IMG/VR virus record: IMGVR_UViG_3300030376_001368
Location: 1 to 25,805 of that record
DNA length: 25,805 nt
Direction: 5' to 3' (one strand)
From: a virus
Lineage: Duplodnaviria; Caudoviricetes
Positions 7,304-15,626 of the stretch are shown in pieces. The stretch's first letter is position 1. Each line of letters begins with the position of its first letter. A program made the position numbers and the translations under genes. A model generated the notes under the pieces. That model was not told the origin of the DNA. It worked only from the letters and a program-made list of their open reading frames with translations, and ran no database searches.

Positions 7304-7536
7304 ATTTTACATTTTTTATCACACTTTCTGCATTCAAACATAGATAAACATAACGGAAGAATACCGATAGCACAAAGCACTATACCCTCCCAGCTAATGC
7401 TTTCACCCATAGCGTTCAAAGAGTATAATACTATTGCACCACCGATAGTTCTTTTCGCTGACCACCTTTTTACATCTCCAAATTTTTTGTCTTTGAAAAT
7501 TGAAGTAATGTCTATAAATTTTAATAAATTATTCAT
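7300..7536 (-). CDS. two-TM membrane protein in lysis cassette (holin/antiholin candidate)
   Basis: Start moved to MNNLLK; hydrophobic TIGGAIVLYSL and GIVLCAIGILPLCLSMF; basic Cys-rich tail. Confidence 0.6.
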   Translation of the reverse strand: MNNLLKFIDITSIFKDKKFGDVKRWSAKRTIGGAIVLYSLNAMGESISWEGIVLCAIGILPLCLSMFECRKCDKKCKI

Positions 7537-7705
7537 GCGTTCCACCACCTTTTTTGTAGTTAGGAATTATTGCATTAAAGATACTATCCAAATAAGAAAA
7601 GACTTGGTTGTCATCTTCTGTTGGAGTTAAGTTAATTACGATCTTTATAAAAGCCATAAAGCCAATTAATAATTCTAACCAATTTGAAAAAATAAAATCT
7701 GTCAT
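7529..7705 (-). CDS. small holin-like membrane protein (58 aa)
   Basis: MTDFIFSNWLELLIGFMAFIKIVINLTPTEDDN; TM followed by LTPTxxD, directly downstream of the endolysin. Confidence 0.6.
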   Translation of the reverse strand: MTDFIFSNWLELLIGFMAFIKIVINLTPTEDDNQVFSYLDSIFNAIIPNYKKGGGTHE

Positions 7706-7719
7706 AATAATAAATTTAA

Positions 7720-8103
7720 TTAATAATAAGTCCACAACACCTGTTGTGATTTGTCTTCATCTATGTCGCAGTGAATAAAATTGTTTCCTATTCCAATTCT
7801 GTTTATTCCAACGATCATTAATGCTGTTACAATTTTAAATCTTGTAAATGAATCTTTTGCATATATATCGGCTGCTATTCCTTTAGTATGAGATGAATTT
7901 TTAGAGCCTTTATACCCTTGTTCTAATAATGCTTTGTTGTATTCTGGCGTTCTATAACCTGAAGTTATCTTAAAAGGAACTTCTGCAATGCCTCGTGCAT
8001 CATCTAAAAGACAAATAAATTCTTTGTCCATATTGTCTATTCCATTACCTTTTCCACTTTTGCAATCAAACTCTTCCCAACTAAAATACTTAAAATCGCC
8101 CAT
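7720..8103 (-). CDS. endolysin, peptidase M15A family
   Basis: EFDCK...ITSGYRT...SSHTKGIAADI...FIHCD: Zn ligands H-x6-D and HxD. Confidence 0.9.
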   Translation of the reverse strand: MGDFKYFSWEEFDCKSGKGNGIDNMDKEFICLLDDARGIAEVPFKITSGYRTPEYNKALLEQGYKGSKNSSHTKGIAADIYAKDSFTRFKIVTALMIVGINRIGIGNNFIHCDIDEDKSQQVLWTYY

Positions 8104-8276
8104 TATTTGCCGTTTAAGAGGCTTTTAATAAAATTATATATATCCTTGCTTAACATAGCAACAAAGCCCCCTAAAAGCCCTAAAATGACTGTTTCTGCTA
8201 TTGTTTGGGTTGGTATCATTCCAATAGTGAGTAAATTCCCACAAAAAAAGCAACCAAAGTATTCTAATTTTTCCAT
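8103..8276 (-). CDS. small membrane protein upstream of endolysin (holin candidate, 57 aa)
   Basis: Hand-translated MEKLEYFGCFFCGNLLTIGMIPTQTIAETVILGLLGGFVAMLSKDIYNFIKSLLNGK*; TAATG overlaps on both sides. Confidence 0.7.
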   Translation of the reverse strand: MEKLEYFGCFFCGNLLTIGMIPTQTIAETVILGLLGGFVAMLSKDIYNFIKSLLNGK

Positions 8277-8824
8277 TACGATATATCTATTAGTCTATAA
8301 GTTGTCCAAAGGTCTATAACTCCTGTTGATCCTGGCGAAGGTGGTGCATCAAAATAAAACATTAATTTTGCATCTGCTATTGAAGAAGACAAACTAACGC
8401 CTTTTGCTGATCTTCCTGCGCCTTGAAATATCCAATACTGCGCAGCATAACTAGGAGAATCAAAAGCAAACCTTTCTTGATCCCAATAGTATGTTGAATC
8501 TCCGTCTATATAACCAATTGTTGGTTTTACTGTGTTTGTATTAGGCGTTGCGCCTGCTGTATAATCACAATATACACTAATAGGAATAATAATTTTATTT
8601 GCACCCTTGTTTTGAACTAAAATTTTTCCTGTTGTTGCTAATGACATAAATTCTGTATTGTTAACACTGACCTTTTCAGTTGCTATAACATATTCAGAAA
8701 TTACCTTTTTACTTGTTCCGTCTGCTGATCCTGTTGTATCGTTTACATCAACGACCATTAAAAGGTCATCACTTGCAGGATTGTTTGCTAGTGCCGATTT
8801 GTCGGTTAATCTTTGTCCAGCCAT
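8276..8824 (-). CDS. virion fibre/spike-like structural protein
   Basis: N-terminal RLTDKSAL...ASDDLLMVVD...GTSKKV resembles fibre anchor motifs; beta-rich C-domain; end of structural module. Confidence 0.55.
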   Translation of the reverse strand: MAGQRLTDKSALANNPASDDLLMVVDVNDTTGSADGTSKKVISEYVIATEKVSVNNTEFMSLATTGKILVQNKGANKIIIPISVYCDYTAGATPNTNTVKPTIGYIDGDSTYYWDQERFAFDSPSYAAQYWIFQGAGRSAKGVSLSSSIADAKLMFYFDAPPSPGSTGVIDLWTTYRLIDIS

Positions 8825-8903
8825 AATTTAATTTTTTAATATATTTTTTAAGTTTCTTAAAATTTTCCTTGCTCGAAGGATATGTTCTTCTTTTAACAGC
8901 CAT
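8769..8903 (-). CDS. small basic ORF overlapping the fibre gene start (44 aa)
   Basis: MAVKRRTYPSSKENFKKLKKYIKKLNYGWTKINRQIGTSKQSCK*; start overlaps the adaptor stop and it fills the 68-nt gap. Confidence 0.4.
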   Translation of the reverse strand: MAVKRRTYPSSKENFKKLKKYIKKLNYGWTKINRQIGTSKQSCK

Positions 8904-9474
8904 AAATAGTAATATTAGCACCTTGTAAAAAACTTTTTAATCTATTGCTTCTTGGCGCTGTTGGTTCTAAATTAATTCCTGCAAAATAATTGTTTGTTGT
9001 TGGGTCAAGGTCTGATCCACTATTACTTGTGTATTCTGGAAAAGAACTTGAATTATTTCTCAAATAGTCAATTGCTCTTTGACGATAAAATTCTGCTGCA
9101 TCAGTAGCTGTGTCCATAACAGGCTTTAAGTCGTCATAAGTTGCACTAGAAGACTGATCTGTTGCGCCCATAACTACAACTGCATTATTAACAAACCTTA
9201 GTCTTAAATAAGGCATTAATTGTGTAAATGCAAATTGAACTAATGCTGGTTGTATGTAAGTTTCTAAAAGTGTTTTATATTGGTTTGCTAATGTTCCTGC
9301 TTGAATTTCAGCTTTTAGTTTAGCATCTAAATCAGTTCCTAAAATTGGAAGTATGTGCATATCTTGAGCTAATAAAATATAAGGCATAATAAGGTCATCT
9401 GAAACAGAACCACCTAATGCAGAATCTTTTTTTAATCTTGTAGAACTAATGTAAAGTGTATGTTGAATCGCCAT
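8893..9474 (-). CDS. head-tail adaptor/connector (DUF6712-like)
   Basis: LYIS...PYILLAQDMHILPILGTDL...YIQPALV...AEFY..RAIDYL...FPEY helical pattern; downstream of portal. Confidence 0.65.
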   Translation of the reverse strand: MAIQHTLYISSTRLKKDSALGGSVSDDLIMPYILLAQDMHILPILGTDLDAKLKAEIQAGTLANQYKTLLETYIQPALVQFAFTQLMPYLRLRFVNNAVVVMGATDQSSSATYDDLKPVMDTATDAAEFYRQRAIDYLRNNSSSFPEYTSNSGSDLDPTTNNYFAGINLEPTAPRSNRLKSFLQGANITIYGC

Positions 9475-9475
9475 A

Positions 9476-9796
9476 TTATACGTCTTTTACGTTTTTATCT
9501 TTGTAATTAATGCTTTTGATGTTTCCTCTGCTATCTTTAACAGATTCTTTAGTTTTCATTGCTGTATACGCTTGCTTAACAGGGTTTTTGTCTGTATCGC
9601 CAACAGCCATAGTAAATTCAAATTCTACAACGTCAATCGGTGTTTTATTACTGTTTCTAGCTGCTTCATTATGAAAAACTTCTGCACAAGCTGTAGCTGT
9701 TGATTTTTTATTGTTATAAATTATCTTATAAATTCTGTGATAAGCCTTACTAGATGTAATGCCTGTTGAACTTGTAAATGTATATTCTAAAGCCAT
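9476..9796 (-). CDS. hypothetical protein between portal and adaptor
   Basis: 106-aa ORF tightly spaced in the late operon; function not recognised. Confidence 0.7.
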   Translation of the reverse strand: MALEYTFTSSTGITSSKAYHRIYKIIYNNKKSTATACAEVFHNEAARNSNKTPIDVVEFEFTMAVGDTDKNPVKQAYTAMKTKESVKDSRGNIKSINYKDKNVKDV

Positions 9797-9807
9797 ATTT
9801 TTATTAT

Positions 9808-11961
9808 TTATTTAACACCAGGATAATGACCTTGATTCGGCATATTTTCTGGCGCAATTACTGCATCTTTAATTCCTCTTGGTTTTGGTGTATACGATTT
9901 AGGTATACTGTCTGTTTTAGTATAGTCGTCCATGCTCTGACCTTCTCTTAATTCTGTTCCGTCTTTTAATCTATATAGAATAACTTTCCAAGCGTGTCTA
10001 CAATAAACACCACCTTTAAATCTAAATAAATCATAAGGACGACCTTTATGCCCTAGCTGTCTGTTCACACCTTCACGACTTGCTTTGTCTATGTCTTCTA
10101 ATCTATAAACAAAACCTGCTTTTGCTAGTCGCATCATATTCTTACAGAATGTTCTAGTTGATTTGCTAGGTTTTCTGCTCTTTTTAATATATTTAAAACG
10201 AACCCTGTAATAAGACTTATCTAATGAACTAGGTTGATCTTCTTTGCTTCTTATTTCATCTGCAAACTTTTCTTTGTTTTCTTTAATTAATCTTTTTGCC
10301 CAATCTTCATAATCTTCAATTAATCCTTCGTCTTGCTCATCAACAATTTCCCAGACTTCTTCGTCCATTTGCTCACCTTGTAAATTTTCAAATAATTCAT
10401 CAAATTCTTCATCAGATAAATCTTCACGAACACCTTCAATTTCTTTTACTTTTTTTGATGCCCAAGATTGTCCTGCATCACCACCCCATAATGCCCAAGC
10501 TATTCGTCCTGCACTTGGAAAACCTTCTTCACCTGGATAAAAACCTTCTGCTTTCTTATCTACTTCGTGTCTTGCGAAAAAACTATTCATTCTTTTAATA
10601 GTATCAAATGAAAGATTATCTCCATTCTTGATGTTTGTTGCACGAGCAACTGCAACCTGCGTTCCACCACGTCCGTATTCTCTGCGCCATTCAAGACCCT
10701 TTTCAGCTTCTTCAATCATTCCTTTTGTTGGCTTAGTGTCTATGTCTTGCAAGTCTTTAAATTCTTGCTTTAAATTATCTGTATCTATATCTTCTTTTGT
10801 AACACCTTCTTTTTCTTGATCTTCTTCTGATTGTGTCTTTGTAACTTCTAAATCAATGAAATCAGCAGGTTTAAGCGATTTAAAGTATAAATCAAGGTTG
10901 ATGTCATTAACTCTAAATATCTTGTTTAAACCCTTTAAAAGCGTTGTTTGGAATGGTATTACAACTGTATTGTTAAATAAGCTATAAGCATCACGCAATT
11001 CGTCTGCATTATTACCTAATCCACCACCCTCTGCACGAATACCAAATAGAATTGGCGAAGTAACCCTATGTCCTGCTAAAATTTGCGAAACAGATTGTTT
11101 TGACATTTCTACCCAAGCAGACTGTGCATCATTCATTTGGATAGGTTCAATAATAGGTGCAGTTTCTTTTCCATCATTGAAAGTGATTAGTATTTTACCT
11201 GCATTTCCTGTTCCTGCGAATTTTTGATTTAATTGTCTTTCGATAGTTCTTCTTTCTTCATCTGTTGGAACACCATTAGAGAATCCAACGTGCATTGAAG
11301 GTGTCATTCCAGATGTTATATTAGATAAGTGGAATTGCGCAATCTCTAATTCCATTTGAATCCAATCTGTTGCTGCAACGTAATCTGGTGCAAAGCCATA
11401 AAACAAAGCAGGGTTTTTATCTCTTATCATTAAGATTTGTGATGCTTGACTTCTATCTTCTGTATCAAATGCTTTATATGCTCTAGGTTTATATTCAGAT
11501 TTTTTATGATTTGCCCAGTCAGCAGAATAATAATAGTGTTGTATTTCACCGTCTATCATTTTACCAGAACGAATGTATTGCGCAGGTATATGTTTCATTT
11601 TAGCTATGCGACTACGATCACGACTCCAAATTACGTTAACATAACACCCACCAAATAGCTTTAAATCTAATGCTAAATCTTTTAAAACGTCATCATCTGA
11701 ATTGTGCAATAATTCTGTTAATCTTAAATAAGATTCTTTTGTTGCTTCTGATTCGTCAACATTAGTTGCTGCTATTCCTTCACCATAGATCATTGCACCG
11801 ATTGACTTTATTAATGCACCATTGATTGCACTACCTAAAAACAATTCTAAAAGATAATTAGGATATAAATTGTTTTCACCGAAGCTGATCCATTCTTGAT
11901 TAGTCTTTTCTACTAAATGTGGTATATTATAATGTGATAATTTTACTAAATTTAAATTCAT
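9808..11961 (-). CDS. portal protein with long C-terminal extension
   Basis: WISFGENNLYP...DLKLFGG...SGMTPS...KFAGTGNAGK...ILAGHRVTSPILFGI...LGNNADEL...VIPFQ portal core (~370 aa) plus acidic linkers and two added domains. Confidence 0.85.
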   Translation of the reverse strand: MNLNLVKLSHYNIPHLVEKTNQEWISFGENNLYPNYLLELFLGSAINGALIKSIGAMIYGEGIAATNVDESEATKESYLRLTELLHNSDDDVLKDLALDLKLFGGCYVNVIWSRDRSRIAKMKHIPAQYIRSGKMIDGEIQHYYYSADWANHKKSEYKPRAYKAFDTEDRSQASQILMIRDKNPALFYGFAPDYVAATDWIQMELEIAQFHLSNITSGMTPSMHVGFSNGVPTDEERRTIERQLNQKFAGTGNAGKILITFNDGKETAPIIEPIQMNDAQSAWVEMSKQSVSQILAGHRVTSPILFGIRAEGGGLGNNADELRDAYSLFNNTVVIPFQTTLLKGLNKIFRVNDINLDLYFKSLKPADFIDLEVTKTQSEEDQEKEGVTKEDIDTDNLKQEFKDLQDIDTKPTKGMIEEAEKGLEWRREYGRGGTQVAVARATNIKNGDNLSFDTIKRMNSFFARHEVDKKAEGFYPGEEGFPSAGRIAWALWGGDAGQSWASKKVKEIEGVREDLSDEEFDELFENLQGEQMDEEVWEIVDEQDEGLIEDYEDWAKRLIKENKEKFADEIRSKEDQPSSLDKSYYRVRFKYIKKSRKPSKSTRTFCKNMMRLAKAGFVYRLEDIDKASREGVNRQLGHKGRPYDLFRFKGGVYCRHAWKVILYRLKDGTELREGQSMDDYTKTDSIPKSYTPKPRGIKDAVIAPENMPNQGHYPGVK

Positions 11962-12425
11962 AGTGGATTAGTTAAATAGATGCTTTCTGTATCTGCATCA
12001 TTAGTAGTATATTCTTTGTAAGTTACGGATTCTGTATTTGAATTAAATCCTGTTAAATTCATTAAACCCTTCCATATAACAGTAAGTCCTGTTGGATCAA
12101 TATTAGTGTTGTCTGTGTTATTATATATGATAACATCATAAAAGCCAAGTGGAAAATCTGTTGTTCCTAGCTGAATAATTGCGTTTAATAAATTTTCTTG
12201 GTCTGCATCTCTATTTGTAAACAAACCATACTGAACATATCTTTTGTTAAAATCTCCATAACTTGTATTTAATGAAACAGTTTTAGATTTTCCTGTAAAC
12301 TGGCTTGTAAATGTGCAAAGACTTCTTCCGCTGTCTTGACCTTCATTCATTTCGTTGTAAACATCTAAATAGAATGAGTTACTCACTGAAAAATCACCAA
12401 CATTTTTAACTTTTAACTGTATCAT
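11958..12425 (-). CDS. structural-region protein, paralog 2
   Basis: Shares GTTxxPxGFYDVxIY, DP, WxGxMNL and Y..ND.DTES.Y with the 12429-12878 gene. Confidence 0.75.
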   Translation of the reverse strand: MIQLKVKNVGDFSVSNSFYLDVYNEMNEGQDSGRSLCTFTSQFTGKSKTVSLNTSYGDFNKRYVQYGLFTNRDADQENLLNAIIQLGTTDFPLGFYDVIIYNNTDNTNIDPTGLTVIWKGLMNLTGFNSNTESVTYKEYTTNDADTESIYLTNPL

Positions 12426-12428
12426 ATT

Positions 12429-12878
12429 TTAAAATGTTATATATACTGACTCTGTATCTGAATCGTTAACACTATAATCTGTATATTTAACAGCAGGATT
12501 AGTCGTTTCTGGAATTAAGTTCATTACGCCAAACCAAACAGGCTTTATTGCATTTGCAGGGTCTAAATTACCAGATATATTGTTATCATAAATAGTAACA
12601 TCATAAAAGCCATAAGGATATTCAGTTGTTCCCATTTGTAAATAACCAATTAAAGGGTTTGGATTACTAGCAATAGTATAAAAGAATAAAAGCATATATC
12701 GTTCTGTGTAAAATGGTCCAAATGTAGTTAACCAACATAATTCCTTTTTTGTTGCTTGACTTTTAAAACAAATTAATGGCTTTATTGCTGTGTTTGTTAT
12801 GTCATTTTGAACAGTTTCCCAATAAGAATAACCTGCACCAACAGGCGTGTCTGATGTTGTTTGTATAATTTCAATCAT
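12429..12878 (-). CDS. structural-region protein, paralog 1
   Basis: Same shared motifs as 11958-12425; ATGA-coupled to the upstream small ORF. Confidence 0.75.
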   Translation of the reverse strand: MIEIIQTTSDTPVGAGYSYWETVQNDITNTAIKPLICFKSQATKKELCWLTTFGPFYTERYMLLFFYTIASNPNPLIGYLQMGTTEYPYGFYDVTIYDNNISGNLDPANAIKPVWFGVMNLIPETTNPAVKYTDYSVNDSDTESVYITF

Positions 12879-13000
12879 TCTTCATAGTATTTGTCCATTG
12901 CTGTTTCAAAATTAGCCAAAATAATTTCTTTTACTTCATCAGTATAATTATCAAAATCTTTATAAACATCTTTTAAGGTAAATCTATCCCTCCAACTCAT
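12875..13000 (-). CDS. small acidic hypothetical protein (41 aa)
   Basis: Hand-translated MSWRDRFTLKDVYKDFDNYTDEVKEIILANFETAMDKYYEE*; ATGA overlap downstream. Confidence 0.6.
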   Translation of the reverse strand: MSWRDRFTLKDVYKDFDNYTDEVKEIILANFETAMDKYYEE

Positions 13001-13151
13001 TTTTCTTCTTTTTAGGTTTATCTTCTATAAATAAATTGTTTCTAATGTGTTCTTTAAGTCCTTTTATTTGCTTTTGCGTTAGTTCGTCTAATGGGGTTTT
13101 TAATGCGTCAAGAGTTTTGCCCTCCCATTCTTTTTTTAATTTCCAAGCCAT
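12984..13151 (-). CDS. small basic hypothetical protein (55 aa)
   Basis: Hand-translated MAWKLKKEWEGKTLDALKTPLDELTQKQIKGLKEHIRNNLFIEDKPKKKKNELEG*; first ORF after a late-promoter motif. Confidence 0.65.
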   Translation of the reverse strand: MAWKLKKEWEGKTLDALKTPLDELTQKQIKGLKEHIRNNLFIEDKPKKKKNELEG

Positions 13152-13162
13152 AGTATTTTATT

Positions 13163-13189
13163 ATAAATATAAATATAGGTTATTTGTTT
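13163..13189 (-). promoter_or_regulatory. conserved late-promoter-like motif, copy 4
   Basis: AAACA-N11-TTTATATTTAT, 11 nt before ATG 13151 and just after the terminator at 13199-13224. Confidence 0.75.
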
Positions 13190-13198
13190 TTTTTTAAT

Positions 13199-13224
13199 AA
13201 AAAAAAGGGGCAATAAAACCCCTT
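13199..13224 (-). terminator. intrinsic terminator after major tail gene
   Basis: Minus strand AAGGGG-ttttattg-CCCC followed by a U8 run. Confidence 0.75.
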
Positions 13225-13248
13225 CTTTTCTTTTGTATTGAGTAACGA

Positions 13249-13851
13249 TTAAGTAGTTACAAATGCAATAGAGGCGTGGTCAGTTAAATTATCCCAAGGA
13301 TAATCATCTGTTGTAGGTCCATTTGTAGGCATTACTTGTATCGGAGGTAATTTTTCCTCTGATGTGAACTCTAATGTATAACCAGAAAGATCACCTTTCG
13401 CTGCGCCTGTAACCATTGTTCCACTTGTTATATTGCAACCTGCATTCATTCCAAGCAAAAAGATATTATCCATAGCATCACGAACAAAGATTTGACTTCT
13501 ATTATATGCAGCTAATTTTAACTGATTTGTTGCATCATGATCTATTTTTTGCAAAGTTACCGATAAAACAGAACTAAAAAAAGTCGTTCCTGTTGCAGGG
13601 TCAGAATTAAAGTTAACTGTCAAAGAACTTAAATTAGGTCTTAAATCATACTGCAATAAAGTTTGTTTTGAACCTTCAGGGTCACCAAAAGTATCCCAAG
13701 TAGCAAAACCTGCGTTTGTCATTTCTGATTCAGCTATAGTTGCTTCCGCTTCTATGTTACCACAATAATTTGGTAGTATATACATTGTTCTAAGACCGCC
13801 AATGCTGTCTTTACAATCTACTTGTCTACCTTTTGTTAAATCACAAGACAT
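13249..13851 (-). CDS. major tail (tube) protein
   Basis: MSCDLTKGRQVDCKDSIGGL...GTTFF...TGAAKGDLSGYTLEF; 200 aa beta-rich, directly after capsid and followed by a terminator. Confidence 0.75.
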   Translation of the reverse strand: MSCDLTKGRQVDCKDSIGGLRTMYILPNYCGNIEAEATIAESEMTNAGFATWDTFGDPEGSKQTLLQYDLRPNLSSLTVNFNSDPATGTTFFSSVLSVTLQKIDHDATNQLKLAAYNRSQIFVRDAMDNIFLLGMNAGCNITSGTMVTGAAKGDLSGYTLEFTSEEKLPPIQVMPTNGPTTDDYPWDNLTDHASIAFVTT

Positions 13852-13873
13852 ATTTTTATTATATTAAAAAGTT

Positions 13874-13902
13874 AATAAAAGGGAGGTATATTGCAACCTC
13901 CC
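13874..13902 (-). terminator. hairpin/intrinsic terminator after major capsid gene
   Basis: Minus strand GGGAGGT-tgcaatat-ACCTCCC-TTTTATT. Confidence 0.75.
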
Positions 13903-13916
13903 ATTTAAAGTGTTAT

Positions 13917-14912
13917 TTATACAAATGTTGCACCTACGATACCATCTGTAGCTACCGCAGTCTGAACTCCAATTGCAAAATTCATTACTACTCTCACATT
14001 GTCGCTTCCGTCATATTGGTATGTTGGAATCAATCGTGCTTCTGTCCAATCTGTAGCAAGGTTAGTCCCATACACCATATTTTCTCTGTATGTTAAAACT
14101 ATTGCGTCATCAGGCATTCCTGGACAAACATTTATTGGAATACCTAAATAAGTAGCACCGATAATTGATTGGTCTGTTCCTTTGTTGTTAATACCTTGAT
14201 GGTTACTAAAAGTTGTAGAACCTGCTAATTGCTGAATATAAAAACCGTATGTTTTTAGATTACAGTAAAAAGATAAATCTGGTTTGCCTAAAATTCCTGG
14301 AGCATTTGTAGCAGCACTATTGTAAACTGCTCCGAATTGAGCCGCCGCATTACCTGCAGTAATACTAGCAATTGTTGCTTCTGTAAAATCTTTACAAGCA
14401 GAAGCATCTAAACCTCCTTGGTCAAATACACCATCATTTGATAAAAAACCTGTTCCGTATACACCACCTGCATCTGCTAACCATATTCCGTTCTCAATAG
14501 AAGCACCAGCTTTTGCTGCAACAGTAGATAACAAGAAATCTCTAAAAGGTTGCGCAATATCACCGTTTCTAGTCATATTCTCGCCCAAGTATGTTGGGAA
14601 AATTGTGCCTCGACATACTTCTTGATTTACTTCTAGGTCTGTCAAAGTTAAGGTTTGTAATGTTTGGTCTAGTGAAATGTCATTAGAATTAAAATCACAA
14701 GATGCTGCCTTTACAGGGTCATTTAATGAAAGACCTGTAATATTTGCAGCTTTTCTTAAACCATCTATTTGTCTCACATATCCTTTAGCAACTGTGTCAG
14801 GACTTTTAACTGCAGCAGTTACATAAGGCAACGCCAACTTACCAACGTAATTGTCAGCAGTTACGTCTATATCAAATTGATATTCTTTGCTTAAATTGTA
14901 TTTATTCGCCAT
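13917..14912 (-). CDS. major capsid protein (HK97-fold expected)
   Basis: 331 aa after protease and scaffold; YVGKLALPYVTAA...IWL...YLGIPINVCPGM...NMVYGTNL...NVRVVMNF; followed by a terminator. Confidence 0.85.
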   Translation of the reverse strand: MANKYNLSKEYQFDIDVTADNYVGKLALPYVTAAVKSPDTVAKGYVRQIDGLRKAANITGLSLNDPVKAASCDFNSNDISLDQTLQTLTLTDLEVNQEVCRGTIFPTYLGENMTRNGDIAQPFRDFLLSTVAAKAGASIENGIWLADAGGVYGTGFLSNDGVFDQGGLDASACKDFTEATIASITAGNAAAQFGAVYNSAATNAPGILGKPDLSFYCNLKTYGFYIQQLAGSTTFSNHQGINNKGTDQSIIGATYLGIPINVCPGMPDDAIVLTYRENMVYGTNLATDWTEARLIPTYQYDGSDNVRVVMNFAIGVQTAVATDGIVGATFV

Positions 14913-14920
14913 TTTTAAAA

Positions 14921-15586
14921 TTATTTATTGTTAATGTAATATGCTGCCCTCTCTTTAGTTGACAGTTTTGCTAAATCAATAGTTGAACTAAAGTGTGTTC
15001 CTTCTGGACTGTATTCAATACCTTCCGTTGCAGGTTGTCCACTTAATTCAACTATTTTGCTTTTAAGTTCTTCCATTTGTGTCATAAGTTCCCCCATAAC
15101 CTCTTTTGACATTTCTGTCTTTTCTTCTACTTCTTCTGATAATTCAGCAGATGCTTCTACTTTGTCAGCTTTTAGGTCTGCAACTGCATCTTCTAAATTT
15201 TTAATTCTTATTTCCATTCCTTTCCAATCTGCAACATCTGCTTCTTCTGCTAATTCTTCTTCTTTAGATTCTACTTCTTCTGACATTTCTTCTTCTGATG
15301 CTTCAACACCTTCTGCTTCTTTTTCTTCTCCAAGATCAAGAATTTCAGAATTTTCTCCGATTGTTAACTTGTTGCCGTTTTCCATTGTATATGATCCTGC
15401 TTCTAATGCTTCTGCGTTTCCATCATCTGAAACAGCAAATACTTTAGAACCGATCATAAATTGGTCATCTTCTGTTGCAACTACTCTGCCGTCGTCTAGC
15501 TTCATTTCAGCGTAGAATTTAACAGAATAAGATTTAGGTTCATTTTTCATTTTTAAGATATTTAAAATTTTTTCTATTGTTCCCAT
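14921..15586 (-). CDS. capsid scaffolding protein (start moved to MGTIEK)
   Basis: Very acidic E-rich coiled-coil protein between protease and capsid; ATG 15586 lies 7 nt after the promoter motif. Confidence 0.75.
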   Translation of the reverse strand: MGTIEKILNILKMKNEPKSYSVKFYAEMKLDDGRVVATEDDQFMIGSKVFAVSDDGNAEALEAGSYTMENGNKLTIGENSEILDLGEEKEAEGVEASEEEMSEEVESKEEELAEEADVADWKGMEIRIKNLEDAVADLKADKVEASAELSEEVEEKTEMSKEVMGELMTQMEELKSKIVELSGQPATEGIEYSPEGTHFSSTIDLAKLSTKERAAYYINNK

Positions 15587-15593
15587 AACATTA

Positions 15594-15620
15594 ATAAATA
15601 TAAAAGGTTTTAAAGTGTTT
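15594..15620 (-). promoter_or_regulatory. conserved late-promoter-like motif, copy 3
   Basis: AAACA-N11-TTTATATTTAT, 7 nt before the scaffold ATG. Confidence 0.75.
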
Positions 15621-15626
15621 ATTTCT

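Noticed and set aside
7397-8319. + strand ORFs 7397-7630 and 8107-8319
   Set aside because: Antisense to coupled minus-strand lysis genes; the 8103-8276 minus ORF has TAATG overlaps on both sides.
11958-12878. Diversity-generating retroelement template/variable repeat pair
   Set aside because: No reverse transcriptase in the window, and nucleotide identity is limited to short patches rather than a long adenine-specific repeat.
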